Shown in pieces: positions 47,042 to 59,248 of a stretch of DNA of 64,000 nt. The stretch is from the NCBI GenBank assembly GCA_964106645.2, contig OZ067044.1; one strand, written 5' to 3'. Below the pieces are notes generated by a model. The model was not told where the DNA came from. It worked only from the letters and a program-made list of their open reading frames with translations, and ran no database searches. The position numbers and the translations under genes are program-made. Position 1 is the stretch's first letter, and each line of letters opens with the position of its first letter. Source of the stretch: Podarcis pityusensis. Taxonomy: Eukaryota.

Positions 47042-47787
47042 GTACGGCCAGAAGTCGGCAAGGATGCAAATAATTATTACCGCTGTTCTTTGCGTTATGT
47101 TAAATTTATAAAATTGCTTCAGCCTCAGAAACGACCAGATCCTCTGCTTAATTCATGACAGCAGGAAAGTCTTTTGCTTAATTCATGAACGCTTCCAACT
47201 GCAGTGATTAAATGTCTCTGCATAAGGCATGGAAAGCTTTGATGGTTTCATGAGTCTGCCAGAGGATTTGTTTGTTTCATGAATTATAATATTTGCTTAA
47301 TGTCTGCAACTTCATATGTTGAGCTATCCCCCTTCCTTTTCGTAAAAGAAAAGAAGCCTTAATGAAGCAACTTCACAGACTCAGCTTTGTGTGCGGTGTG
47401 CATGAAACCTCACACAGCTGCACTAACTGTTCCGCACCCCTGTTCACGAACAAGCACCCCCCCCAATCCATTACCTTTCATTCACATTCATCCCACAACC
47501 CCCCAACACCCAGTTATCCTGCTTTCTCTCCCTACCCCAGGACTTTCCTTTTCCTGCCACCTCTTCCTTTCCCTTCTCTGGTGGCCCAGCCACAGAAAAT
47601 GTCCTTTGGGATGCTGTTGCAGGTGCCACACTCCTTGCTGGAGACTACAAGTTCTCTGCCACCTGATCACCTCTCCTTGTTCCCTTCACAGTTGCGGCTG
47701 AAGTTGTGGCATCACAACCACAAAGAGATCAGGTGGTTGGGAGGCCAGATGCTGTGGTTTGGCATCTTTCCAGAGGATGCTCTAGCT

Positions 47788-47925
47788 CAGCGATGGCCAG
47801 ACTTGGCCCTCCAGGTTTTTTTTGGAACTACAGTTCCCATCATCCCTGACCACTGGTCCTGTTAGCTAGGGATGATGGGAGTTGCAGTCCAAAAACAGCT
47901 GGAGGGCCAGGTTTGGCGATTGGTG
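47788..47925. mobile_element. Palindromic hAT-type MITE
   Basis: ACTACAGTTCCCATCATCCCT...AGGGATGATGGGAGTTGCAGT hairpin, same family as 22006-22136. Confidence 0.8.
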
Positions 47926-49628
47926 CGTTTGCACTTCATGGCTGAGTGTCACATATGAACCTGCCTGCCTGGTGGCCAGTTATAGTAGCAGCTGGGTTGC
48001 TGAATGCCAAGCAAAGCAAGAGAAGGAATGGGAGGCTACCTTCTGCAGGTCTAGAATTGTTTTTGTGTGTCCAGATGAGAAGTCGGTGTCTCCAGACAAG
48101 ACTTCAGCCCCCATAATGTGGGTGCCATTATATCTGCTGCAAGGCTGCCATTACAGGGGGGAAAACCAAACTTCCATCTGGCAAGGAGACAGCACTGCAG
48201 CTGTAACGCGTAGCATGGCTCACAATGTGGCATGATGTCCTCCTGTGAACGTCACCACTAGAAATAAACGGCAGCGACGTGGAGGCTTTCTTTGTGACGG
48301 TAGCTATCACATTCAAGTGGCAGGAGTTGTGGCCATGGCTCATTTACTTGATAACCGACACATCTTTTTGAAAGCTGAATGTGCCCAACTTTGTGCCTAA
48401 CTACCAATGAGAGGGAAAATTCAGGCTTTTCTTTGGAAAGCCACCAATGCAACAAAAAATGAATAAAACTGCAGTCATTTGACGAGCTGATTGCCTGAAT
48501 GTTATGTTGGTATTTGCAAAAAAAATTTAAAAACCTCTCCCCGTGATTCATTTCAGATAATAGCTCTCTTTTTATGCAAAGACAGAACAAGGACTATTCA
48601 TAATTTATAATGGAAAATTAACACTGGGACTATTAAGCAATTTTTTAAAAAAAAGTAAAAATAAAACCATGCAGCAAAGGTTGAACAACTTTGCTGATGA
48701 CAACGCCAACTCCACCACCGAAATAGGGTGACAGTTTCAACTTCTCATTTTTAAGAACAACATTGCCACTGATGATAAAGGATTCCAGGCTCGACGTCAT
48801 TATGAAGGCTTCTTAAGCCCAGTTTGGCAACTGGATTTTACAAAAGTTACCAGCTAAGCCATCTGTGGCCTAGAAAAAGAGGGAAGGACCCACATTTGCA
48901 AAGCTGTTCTGCTCAGTCGTCCAGAGGCAGTTCTTTCTTGGCACAGACAATCTGGGGTTTTTTGTTTTTTACACACCTGCATTATTGTATAAATGATAGC
49001 AAGGCTCAGGGGTCAGTGTACTGGAAGAAGCATCTGTTATTGCTTATTGTTGATTTTGGGTGATATCCAATGTTACTCAGACTCGGAGCCAACACATTTA
49101 GCTTAATTTCTGTTATTTCAGTGGTTGGACTCTCGGTGTGACTAACAATGGATATCACCCTTTAATTATTTTATATTGCATTTTTTTAATATTGTCTTGT
49201 TTATAAGTCAGCCAGGATGGCTATAATAAATCAAATTAATAAATTAGAAATACCTCCCAGCACATATCTAGGACTTGATGTATAGATTAAATTCAGTTCT
49301 GTTGCTCACTGAATTAGCTGGCTATTTGTTTGCATTTGTGGTAATTGCAGATATGGTGATGATAGTACGGACAATAATATTTCTAATTTTGTTACCCTTT
49401 TCGGGCATTCTTTTTTAAAGGGAGTGGTGTCACTCTTCTGACCCCCACACATTCATTTGGGGTTTACAAGACATGTAGGCTCTGTTCTGATCTCCAGTGA
49501 ACATCCAACAGATAGAGATTGAGCGACTCCTCCATGTCTTGGATTATTTCACTTGAGTTGTGATCTCCCTGTATGCCAAAAGCCATTGTGTGATGGCCCA
49601 TCGTTTACTGCTTGAAAATCTTACCTTC

Positions 49629-49882
49629 AAGAAGAAGAAGAAGAGTTTGGACTTGATATCCCGCCTTTCACTCCCCTTCAGGAGTCTCAAAGCGGCTAAC
49701 ATTCTCCTTTCCCTTCCTCCCCCACAACAAACACTCTGTGAGGTGAGTGGGGCTGAGAGACTTCAGAGAAGTGTGACTGGCCCAAGGTCACCCAGCAGCT
49801 GCATGTGGAGGAGCGGAGACGCGAACCCGGTTCACCAGATTACGAGTCTACCGCTCTTAACCACTACACCACACTGGCTCTC
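49629..49882 (-). mobile_element. tRNA-derived, L2-tailed SINE (Squam3-like)
   Basis: - strand head GAGAGCCAGTGTGGTGTAGTGGTTAAGAG with B-box-like GGTTCGCGTCTCC, MIR-like core, (TTC)n tail. Confidence 0.78.
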
Positions 49883-51444
49883 AAGTGGTGATGCGAACTT
49901 GCTTCCACAGTGTATAATTTGTTATATGATGGAAGGTAAAGAGCATGTGTAGTTTTTGCTATGGAATTTTAATGTCTCGTCTTGAGCTACCTCCCCAACC
50001 ATGGCGGGGAAATAATCTCCAGATCTTTCTGTGCGTTTTGTGAAGTCCTGCTCCTTGGGGTATCAAGACTTTGTGCGACTGTCATTCATTACAGTTATTG
50101 TTTTTGAAGCGCTCAAAACTATCAAGGGTTCTACGAAGATAAAATCAGCAGGCTTGCAATCTATTCCTAGATGCAAATCAGCTAGCTAAATGTTACACCT
50201 ACAACCACCGTCTGATAAGAGTGATTTTGTGTTGTTGGGTGTTTTTTTAAAACTTTTTTAAATGGCAGCTTTGCTTTTCCTTTTGTGTATGTGTGAATAG
50301 CGGTATAGCTTGTTATGACTGTACCCGGTAGGTCCATTCCCTGCCCCCCTCCGACACTTTCCCCTATGTATTCTGAATCTATACCAAATAATTAATGAAG
50401 CTCAGTGCTCTAAAAATCTAAGCACATGTTAGTCACATCCCAAGGGAATAATGAAAATGTAGGGTGTTTTTTTTCCAGCACGGTAGCCACGGTTTTGCTC
50501 TTCTGCAGCAACAGCATTTAATCCTCCCCCCCCCCCTTTTCCCAATGCATGCCTGTTAAAGAATTTACAAAATTACATAATTATTAGATGGCACTTGGAT
50601 GAAAAATGTGCATTGGAGAAAGAACAGTATAAAGATTTTTCTCTTGACATGGTTTATTTCTCAATTTCTTTTTGAAATGTCATGTCTCTGGATATTAGTC
50701 TAGGCAGAATGTGTTTTCTCCACTTATGCATGGCTTTGAGTGGCATTTGCTGGCCTCCCGAAGTCTAGATGACAAAAGAGCCGGTTCTCCTCAGCCGACA
50801 GGCAGGCAGGTTTCATAATAGATTAGATGAGGGCAGTGCTTGCTCTTTTCCTATACTAGGAATGGGGAGGCTGAGGCCCTGGGGTCCAATGTGGCCCTCC
50901 AGACCTTTCTGCTTGGACCTTGGAACTGTCCCCAGGCCGCACACCCCCAATGGTCTTGCTTTGAACCTGTCCCCCCCCCCCCATCTGGCTGGAATGTGCC
51001 TGTGAACTGCTAATGCCCCTTGACTGAATGGAGAAGAGAGAGAAGGGGGCGTGGGATATGTGTAGAAACAAATACACAGGGAGATTTTTGGCTTTGGCCT
51101 TGCTGACCCCTGGCATGTGACCTTCAAAAGGTGCCCAGAAAGAATTTCAGCTGTCGGACTGTCAAGGTTTCTGCACCCCTGCCCTAAAAACCTACATCTT
51201 CACACCTCAAATGGAAAATGAGGGGACAGAGTTAAATGGACTGAACAAAAGCAGTAAACTTTGGGGGGAAATATAACCCTGCCATGGTCAGTCAAGGCAA
51301 GGTCTCCCTTTGGAGACTTGCTGCCCACTATGAGACCCTAGAAATAACTGCTTAGAGAAATCCAGACCCAAAAACAAATGTTTAGTTTTTAATGTGCACA
51401 GCTTTAGAATCGGAAGTTCCAGAGAGCTCCTTGTCTTAATATTT

Positions 51445-52347
51445 TTCTCTCAAGGGCTGTCACGAGGAAGAGGGAACAAGCTTGTTTTCTCCTGTTCTGG
51501 AGAGTAGGACTCTGTTGGGTTGAAATAAACGACAGACGAGTGACAAGTGTCATATGGGAGGCATCTACCGAGCATGTCTCGGAGAGTCCCTTTTATTGAA
51601 TATTACAGCATTGCCACATATGTGCTTGTTGCTGATTGGTTAACACAAATACAATGCAAGGACATTAATCATCAATAGATTAAAGGTTGGGAAAGGGAAC
51701 ACATGGTTAGACAGGTATGAAAACCTCCTTATTAAACTATTACTAGTGATTGATATTGCATGACTTAAAAGAACATAACCATCGCATTCCGTAGACGTGG
51801 TCAACCATGCATTAAGAACAGGTCAGGGTATGATGTTTCATGAACTCAATGTGAACTGAACATTCTAGGGTGGATGAGGACTCATGTGCAGAAGCAGAAC
51901 TTCCCATCATCTCCCCCTTCCCTTTTTTTTTTTTTTTTTTGCGAAATGTTGCTTTGTGATTTCAGGGTGGATGGGGCAAAAATACTTCGGGATACGTGGT
52001 TTGCCAGCGCATGCCCGAAGTAAGTCTGCCCACATCTCCCCTATTATTTACTGTTGGTGCTGCCACTTCGCAAAGTAGGCAGCAATGATTTTATTAGGTG
52101 GCTGAGGAGGCCGTTGGCTTCCACTTATAAGAAATGAGGTTCTGACTAAGCGTCAGGATTAACTTTCTGACATTAAGAGATGTTCAACAGTGGAACAGAC
52201 TCCCTCGGAAGGTGGAGGACTCTCCTTCCTTGGAGATTTTTAAGCAGAGGTTGAATGGCCATCTGACATGGATGCTTCAGCTGAAATTCCTGATGATCCT
52301 TGGACTAGATAACCCTTGGGTCCCTTCCAGATTATATGATTCTGTGA
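51445..52347 (+). mobile_element. CR1 3' end split by LTR-element remnant (CR1 parts ~51445-51512 and ~52114-52347)
   Basis: CR1 sequence breaks after GTAGGACTC and resumes colinearly at TGGCTTCCACTTATAAGAAATGAGG. Confidence 0.78.
51513..52110 (-). mobile_element. Retroviral/gypsy-type 3' LTR (51513-51909) with PPT and short internal remnant
   Basis: TGTTGGG...CCCATCA terminal inverted repeat, - strand (A)nGGGAAGGGGGAGA PPT abutting TG, CCAAT and AATAAA on - strand. Confidence 0.72.
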
Positions 52348-52558
52348 CTCCAGGGCTCATTGGTGCTCTAGTCTTAGCTACCCTATCCCCTTGTAAAGCT
52401 GCACCTCCTGCACATAAATGCAATATCACAAGGAAGAAACATGGTATCTTGGCTGCTGCTAGAAGCAGCAAGTGCTTGGGACACAGGGCAGCCCTTTGGG
52501 GTATAATCTTGGGACTTGGGCTGGCCGACTCCATAATCCAAACACCAAACCTGTAGTA

Positions 52559-52696
52559 CAGGCTTCCTCAAACTCGGCCCTTCAGATGTTTTGAGACTAC
52601 AATTCCCATCATCCCTGACCACTGGTCCTGCTAGCTAGGGATCATGGGAGTTGTAGGCCAAAAAAACATCTGGAGGGCTGCGTTTGAGGAAGCCTG
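52559..52696. mobile_element. Palindromic hAT-type MITE
   Basis: TIR CAGGCTTCCTCAAAC / GTTTGAGGAAGCCTG, same internal hairpin. Confidence 0.85.
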
Positions 52697-52752
52697 ATAT
52701 ATTAAGTCTTAGGATACTCAAATACAGGAACAGCCTTGAGGTTAGGCACTCA

Positions 52753-53138
52753 TTCTGAGCACAATTCAAAGTGTTGGTGCTGACCTTTAAAGCCCTAAAC
52801 GGCCTGGGTCCAGTATAACTGAAGAACTCCACCTCCATCGTTCTGCCCGGACACTGAGGTCCAGCGCCGAGGGCCTTCTGGCGGTTCCCTCGCTGTGAGA
52901 AGCCAAGTTACAGGGAGCCAGGCAGTGGGCCTTCTCGGTAGTAGCGCCGGCCCTGTGGAATGCCCTCCCACCAGATGTCAAAGAGAAAAATAACTACCAA
53001 ACTTTTAGAAGACATCTAAAGGCAGCCCTGTTTAGGGAAGCTTTTAATGTTTAAAAGGTTATTGTATTTTAGTGTTATGTTGGAAGCCGCCCAGAGTGGC
53101 TACGGGACCCAGCCAGATGGGCGGGGTATAAATAATAA

Positions 53139-53180
<42 letters not shown>
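52753..53180 (+). mobile_element. L2 3' end with (TTA)n tail, ~100 bp before ZFAT exon 3
   Basis: Highly similar to the reverse complement of 15589-16020. Confidence 0.9.
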
Positions 53181-53182
<2 letters not shown>

Positions 53183-53284
53183 TCTTGGGACGAACTCGCC
53201 CATTACCAGTTGAAAGAACAGCGTAGGTGCTCATTAAGAGCCACGCACAGCTGTTTGACGACTTCTTAACATTCCTCCCAACAG

Positions 53285-53551
53285 AGCTCCTCGTAGTGAA
53301 GAGGAAAAGAGGCAGGCCGAAAGGATCGACCAAGAAATTTTACGCTGATGAAGAACTGGCAGAAAGCAGCAACTGCGCTCCAAGCGAGGCTGCTCCAGTG
53401 GGAGCCGAGGAAGGAGGGGAGTTGGCGGAAGTTCCGCCAGGCAACCTGGAATGCCGGAAGTGCAACCGGAAATTCTCTAATTCCCGGCAGCTACGGAAGC
53501 ATATCTGCATTATCGTCAAACCCGAAGATTTGGAGGAGGAAGGTGATGCAG
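53285..53551 (+). CDS. ZFAT: ZFAT coding exon 3 (AT-hook and degenerate finger)
   Basis: cccaacag acceptor, gtagat donor, 267 nt; KRKRGRPKGSTKK AT-hook and LECRKCNRKFSNSRQLRKHICII. Confidence 0.95.
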
Positions 53552-54874
53552 GTAGATGAGCTTTCTCTTGTGTTTTTCTGAAGGCATGTGCTGTGATCCA
53601 CAGAAGAACAATACGTCTGCATGTGGGGAAAGCCGACATACGCAAAGTTGGTGTTTTCGTTTGCTAAGTCTACCGTTGTGGCTCCTGTTGCCAGCCAGGC
53701 AAGGTGCTGTTGAACGTTAAGGATCATTTAGGATTGATTGGGCCTCTGGGCAAATTCAGGAGAACCATGGTCTTACACAGTTTGGCTTGACAACTGTAGA
53801 GAGGTATTGGAAGGTTACAGAAAGGAGCCGTAACACTCAAACTGTATTTGATGGACTTTGAATCACTTAGGCAGGGCATACGCCTTGGTTCAAAGCAGAG
53901 TTAGAAGCTCAGATATAGAAGCTAGGCGCCAAATTGCTCCGTAAACCAGGGTTACAGTCACCATTTGGGGGCCAGACAGCTCGGAAGTTGTATTCTTCAA
54001 ATTTTTGGTTCCTGAAATTCATTCGGATTGTGCAGATAAAAGTATAACTGATAGAATTCTACAGGATGGGGTATTAGTATGTGAAAACTGTGAAGATCCT
54101 CGGATCCTCGGGCATGCGCCTCCAGGCCTGGCGCCATCCTGGCACCCAGGCATCTTCAGTTTGTTTCAAGAGGCCGATAGCCACGTGCAAAATGCACCTG
54201 GTGAATTTTGGTTCAAAGTAGGTACGTCACACCATTTATATAGGTAACTTCTTGCATTTGTGGGCTGTTTTCATTTTTAGTTAAGCACCCACGTTGACTT
54301 TGTACTTGCAAGGTAATTTTGAGTATATATGGAAATTTTCCACTAAAGCTGGTTGCCTATGTTGCTTTCCCCAGAGATTAATTTATAGGTAGCGTTGGGT
54401 AGTATCTGGTGCTATGAGATCTAAATAAAGCTGGCAGGACTTAAAAGGAGCTTTGGGGGGTAATGTTCTTTGTTTTCTGCTTTATTTTATTGCTTAAGGA
54501 AGCCGTCTGGTTTCCTCATTTGTGACATGTGTCCCTTGTCTCCTCCACATGTTATTTTCAGCAGTACTATTATACTATTCTAGCATAATGGGATTAGTAA
54601 ATGCTTTTAAATGTGATCTTTATGTACATCACTGAAACTCGCTGTCCTTGACCCCACAAGCTCATTAAAACCATAAAATGTGAGCTTGATAACAGTTTCT
54701 TACATAGACTACTCATGGTTTTTCCAGCTGAAATTGGTTTCTGCTTTTATAGAAGAAAACAACTTTTCTGTCTGCAGGTGATGAGAAAAATAAACCAGTC
54801 CATGTCATGCAGGAAATTAATTCTTGCCACTGCCCAATGCCTTCTTTTTGATACTGACATAAAATACGGCCTAG

Positions 54875-55003
54875 CTTGGGATAGCCAATGGGTTGGCCTC
54901 CAGATGTTGGACTACAACTCCCATCATCTCTGACTGCTGGCCATGCTGGTTGATGGGAGTTGTAGTCCATCAACATCTGGAGGCCAACCCATTGGCTATC
55001 CAT
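54875..55003. mobile_element. Palindromic MITE
   Basis: GGATAGCCAATGGGTTGGCCTCCAGATGTTG is perfectly inverted at 54971-55001. Confidence 0.8.
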
Positions 55004-56312
55004 ACACTGGATCTTTTGGACAATGCCCAAGGGGCATTTTCCAAGCTGTGAGATGTTGGTTTGATTGTATTACGTTGTTAACATTCTGCCTACCAACCTT
55101 TTTAAGGCTTCAGATGCATCTAAGCCTTTGGTGAGACACTATCTTCCCAAACTCAGCTAGAAAGGCCCACTGGGAACTGTCAAGAGCTTTGGCTTTCCAT
55201 GCCTCACTCCACCCCAATCTGACCCAGAAGAGGCTCTGGTTTTCATTGTCTTTTTCCCTGAGAGGGCTTCAGATTCCAACAGAACAGGGTACTCTCCAGC
55301 TCAGGAGGAGAAAGAGAACTCCCTTGTAGATGCCTATCTAAGGCAACCCATATTATCTGGTTCCAGGACCTGAAAAATGGTTGGTTGCCTGACCAGGGTG
55401 AAGCTTAAAACCAACAGTGGTGTCCTAGGTGCCCTGTTTATTATGTCCACTTGGCCAGGAATTAGATCAAATGGCCCACGTAACACCAAGCCACCGGTCA
55501 TCATTGCACACCTGGTGCAAACGTTACAAAAATAATTGTTCCCTCTCCATTTATATATATATATATGGCATCTGTCCTGCAGGGGAGTGGTAGTAAAGAT
55601 TTTAAACAAAACGAAACCCCAAACGCTCCAATGAAGAGCAAGTTCAAAGTGTGCCAATTAAAGGACCAAAACATGTACTGCAGATTCACCAGGGAGCCTC
55701 CTCCAATTACGAATGCACGACACACGGCGGAGGAACCAATTAGGGACGCTGAACAGAAAATATTGATGGCTTCAACAGTCTAGCTCGAAATGCTGTTGAA
55801 CATACTGATTCATATGTCATTGACAGCCGCCTTCCTCAACAGTAGAGACGTGAACATCCCATAAATGGGAGTCTAAATTCAGATGCAGCATAGCATTAAA
55901 TTACTTGTGCATGCCACACTGGGATTTAAATCGCATAGATCTGGATACAGGAGGTCAGTTTATTAGTTTGCCAAATCAAAGTGCCAGCTGTTCAAACTGA
56001 TTGCTTAATGTTCCTTAGGAATGCAGAACCAGGGTAAAGACTATTCATCTCAATCAGGCTGTTGCGAGGGGGGGGGGAATTCTCAAAAAAAACCCCACAT
56101 TTGTTTTAGTCATTCTAAGTCGAATGGGCTTGCCGTTCATCCACAAACAGCTTGTAAATATAGATGGAAGGCAGAGGAGGAGAAAGCAAAAAGTCCAGAT
56201 TGTGAGGAACTGGGCAATGCACCCACTAACAGGGCTTTTGTGGGGCTCCTTCCCCTGCAGCTGTCATCTGGTAGGGTTGCTCAAGAACTTTGGCCAAAAA
56301 CGTCTTTTTTTT

Positions 56313-56698
56313 ATTGTTGTTGTTGTTTAGTTGTTTAGTTTTGTCCGACTCTTCGTGACCCCCTGGACCAGAGCACGCCAGGCACTCCTGTCTTCCACTG
56401 CCTCCCGCAGCTTGGTCAAACTCATGCTGGTAGCTTCGAGAACACTGTCCAGTCATCTCGTCCTCTGTCGTCCCCTTCTCCTTGTGCCCTCCATCTTTCC
56501 CAACATCAGGGTCTTTTCCAGGGAGTCTTCTCTTCTCATGAGGTGGCCAAAGTACTGGAGCCTCAGCTTCAGGATCTGTCCTTCCAGTGAGCACTCAGGG
56601 CTGATTTCCTTCAGAATGGATAGGTTTGATCTTCTTGCAGTCCATGGGACTCTCAAGAGTCTCCTGCAGCACCATAATTCAAAAGCATCAATTCTTCG
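56313..56698 (-). mobile_element. Bov-B (RTE) LINE 3' end
   Basis: RVPWTARRSNLSILKEISPECSLEGQILKLRLQYFGHLMRR...LEKTLMLGK; (CAA)n tail. Confidence 0.93.
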
Positions 56699-57182
56699 TC
56701 ATTTTTATTATGGCAACCCTGTCATCTGGCCATCATATACTGTACCCAGTACCCTCGTCTCTGCTCACGGTATCGTTCACACTCTCCAACGGTAGTGAAG
56801 TTCTACTTCCTCCCCATAGTGTTACCTATGTTAACCCCATTTCAAATGCCATTTCCCACCTTTGCAAGCAACCTCACTGTGCCCGTTCAGTTCCTGCACT
56901 GAAGCCCCCCCCCCCCACTCTCCTGGATCGCAGGCTTCGATTGCAAAGCTTTCTGAGGTCGCAAAATTGTTCCCCGTCTGCTTCCTGATTTTGGCATTTT
57001 AGAGCTCCCTTTACCCCCATGTCAAAGTGCACGAGGGACAGTAGCAAACATTTTGCAGGCTGGTTTCTTTTACAAGAACAGAGTGGAGCACCCAGGGAAG
57101 CCGCTGAGGGTGAAACTTTGCCGCGCAAGATGAGAATCCACATGTTCCTCCTTTTACCTTCTTTCCGATGTTTGCTCTTTAG

Positions 57183-57356
57183 GTAATGATTCTGACGTTG
57201 ACCTTGACAGGAGGGAAGATGAGCGAGAAAGAACGCCAAAGAGGCAACGGCTTCAGAGAACCGAGAAGAGCCTTTCAGCGAAGGACGCAGACCAGCTCTC
57301 GGGAGCTAAGAATCCTATTATAAGTGTAGTTCTGACAGCCCACGAAGCAATTCCAG
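57183..57356 (+). CDS. ZFAT: ZFAT coding exon 4
   Basis: ctctttag acceptor, gtaact donor, 174 nt; my translation GNDSDVDLDRREDERERTPKRQR...SGAKNPIISVVLTAHEAIP matches ZFAT (missed by the ORF track). Confidence 0.93.
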
Positions 57357-58304
57357 GTAACTGTTAACTGTTCCCTCCTAGAAACTTTTACTTCAGGAAG
57401 CCATTAAAATAAAATGAACAGCTCCAAACATTTGCAATCTGAAGCAGACCTCATAATTCCCTTTATCTCATCATAAAGATTCACCCCCCCCCCATGTAGC
57501 TCTTAAATTGTAGGCATCTGCATTGCTGCAATTGCAGTTCAGAATCTTGAGAATCTCTAATTTCACATCATTTTATTTTTCTTTCGGTTATCAAGATTGC
57601 AGAAGGGGACAAATATTGAAGACATGGCAGAATAGGTGATTCACATCATGATTTCAGTCAGCAAGGGGAAAAAACCTGGTTTAAAATTATTGATTTCAAT
57701 CAAGTTTCCTGTTGATACTTTATATGTTTCCTAAACAGTGGTGCAAATTTGACCATTTCCTTTGGCCCCTTGTCTTAAGGTATTAGCTCACATAAATATT
57801 TACAGTTTCTTTCTTTTTTTGTTTAAAGATATGTACTATTATTGCATGCTGCCATTTCTCTAAGGAGCTCCAAAGCTGTGTGTGAGTTTTTCACAATGTG
57901 TCTACTTGCAAAAGTGCACACACATTTTTTGTTAACCATGCGTAGCCCCAGAACTCAGCAGTCTGCAAAGATTTTACAAGCTGACATCTCATTTCAATCC
58001 TGAATCAAGTACAGTCTTAAACTTTGACCAAAAGTCTTTTGGGAAGTAGAAGGGGGCAGGGAGAAAGGCCAGACATCACCTGCTCTTTTCTCCAGCAACA
58101 CAAGACACCATTAGGCTTTTGAGATGTAGATAAACAAGTTCTTCCCTCCCCTTGTTTTGTACAGCGGTGGATTTCAAGCTGTTGTTCTGATGTTAGATGT
58201 TCCAGAACAGTGGAAGCTGGAGATTTTTGCAGGTTTTGTCATGCACAGATCATTGCCTCTCTCTTTCTCTCTCACCCACATTGATTTCGCCGATGCATCT
58301 ATAG

Positions 58305-59248
58305 CAGTGGTTTTCAACCAGTGTGCTGTGGCACCCTGGGGTGCCTTGAATGATGGTCAGGGGTGCCGTGGGCAACACTGACCTCTGTCCCTCTTTCCTT
58401 CCCTCCCTCCCTTCCTCTGATGCCCTCTTGCACCTCTGCCTCCCAAAGAGATCTGTCCTGAGAGATCTGCATTGGCTCCCAGTACGTTTCCGAGCACAAT
58501 TCAAAGTGTTGGTGCTGACCTTTAAAGCTCTAAACGGCCACAGTCCTGTATACCTGAAGGAGCGTCTCCACCCCCATCGTTCAGCCTGGACACTGAGGTC
58601 CAGCTCTGAGGGCCTTCTGGTGGTTCCCTCATTGCGAGAAGTGAGGTTACAGGGAACCAGGCAGAGGGCCTTCTTGGTAGTGGCACCCGCCCTGTGGAAC
58701 GCCCTCCCTTCAGATGTGAAGGAAATAAGCAGCTATCTTATCTTTAAAAGACATCTGAAGGCAGCCCTGTTTAGGGAAGTTTTTAGTATTTAATGCTGTA
58801 TTGTTTTAACACTTGACTGGGAGCTGCCCAGAGTGCCTGGGAACACTCAGCCAGATGGGCGGGGTATAAATAAATTATTATTATTATTGCACAGCTATTG
58901 TTCCAGCAGCCCTGGCTACAAGCTCCCCAGGCAGATGGTGTCTCCAGGGCTGTCCAGAGGGTGCTTCCCAGGCCCCTGTGGGGCAGTGTGAGGAGGCACC
59001 TCTCTTTGAGGCAGGGGGACGGAAAGCTCAGAGAACAGGGGCGGCAGCAGCGGCTGCCCAGAAAACTCCCAAGCAGAGGGGAGAAGAGAGGAACCCTCCA
59101 CAAGGGAGGGTGTTTAAATGGGGTGAGGGGCTGCTGACTCTGCAGGCAAGGGGTGACATAACTGGGCTCCTGAGCCCCACAGGGGGGTCGCAGAAAGGAA
59201 GTAGTTGGTCAAGGGAGCTGGGGACCCAAAAAAGGTTGAAAACGTCTG
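58305..59248. mobile_element. hAT-type non-autonomous DNA transposon with nested L2 (58452-58888)
   Basis: TIR CAGTGGTTTTCAACC / GGTTGAAAACGTCTG, 8-bp TSD ATCTATAG/ATCTATGG. Confidence 0.82.
58452..58888 (+). mobile_element. L2 3' end
   Basis: VLRDLHWLPVRFRAQFKVLVL...FKRHLKAALFREVF and (TTA)n tail. Confidence 0.9.
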
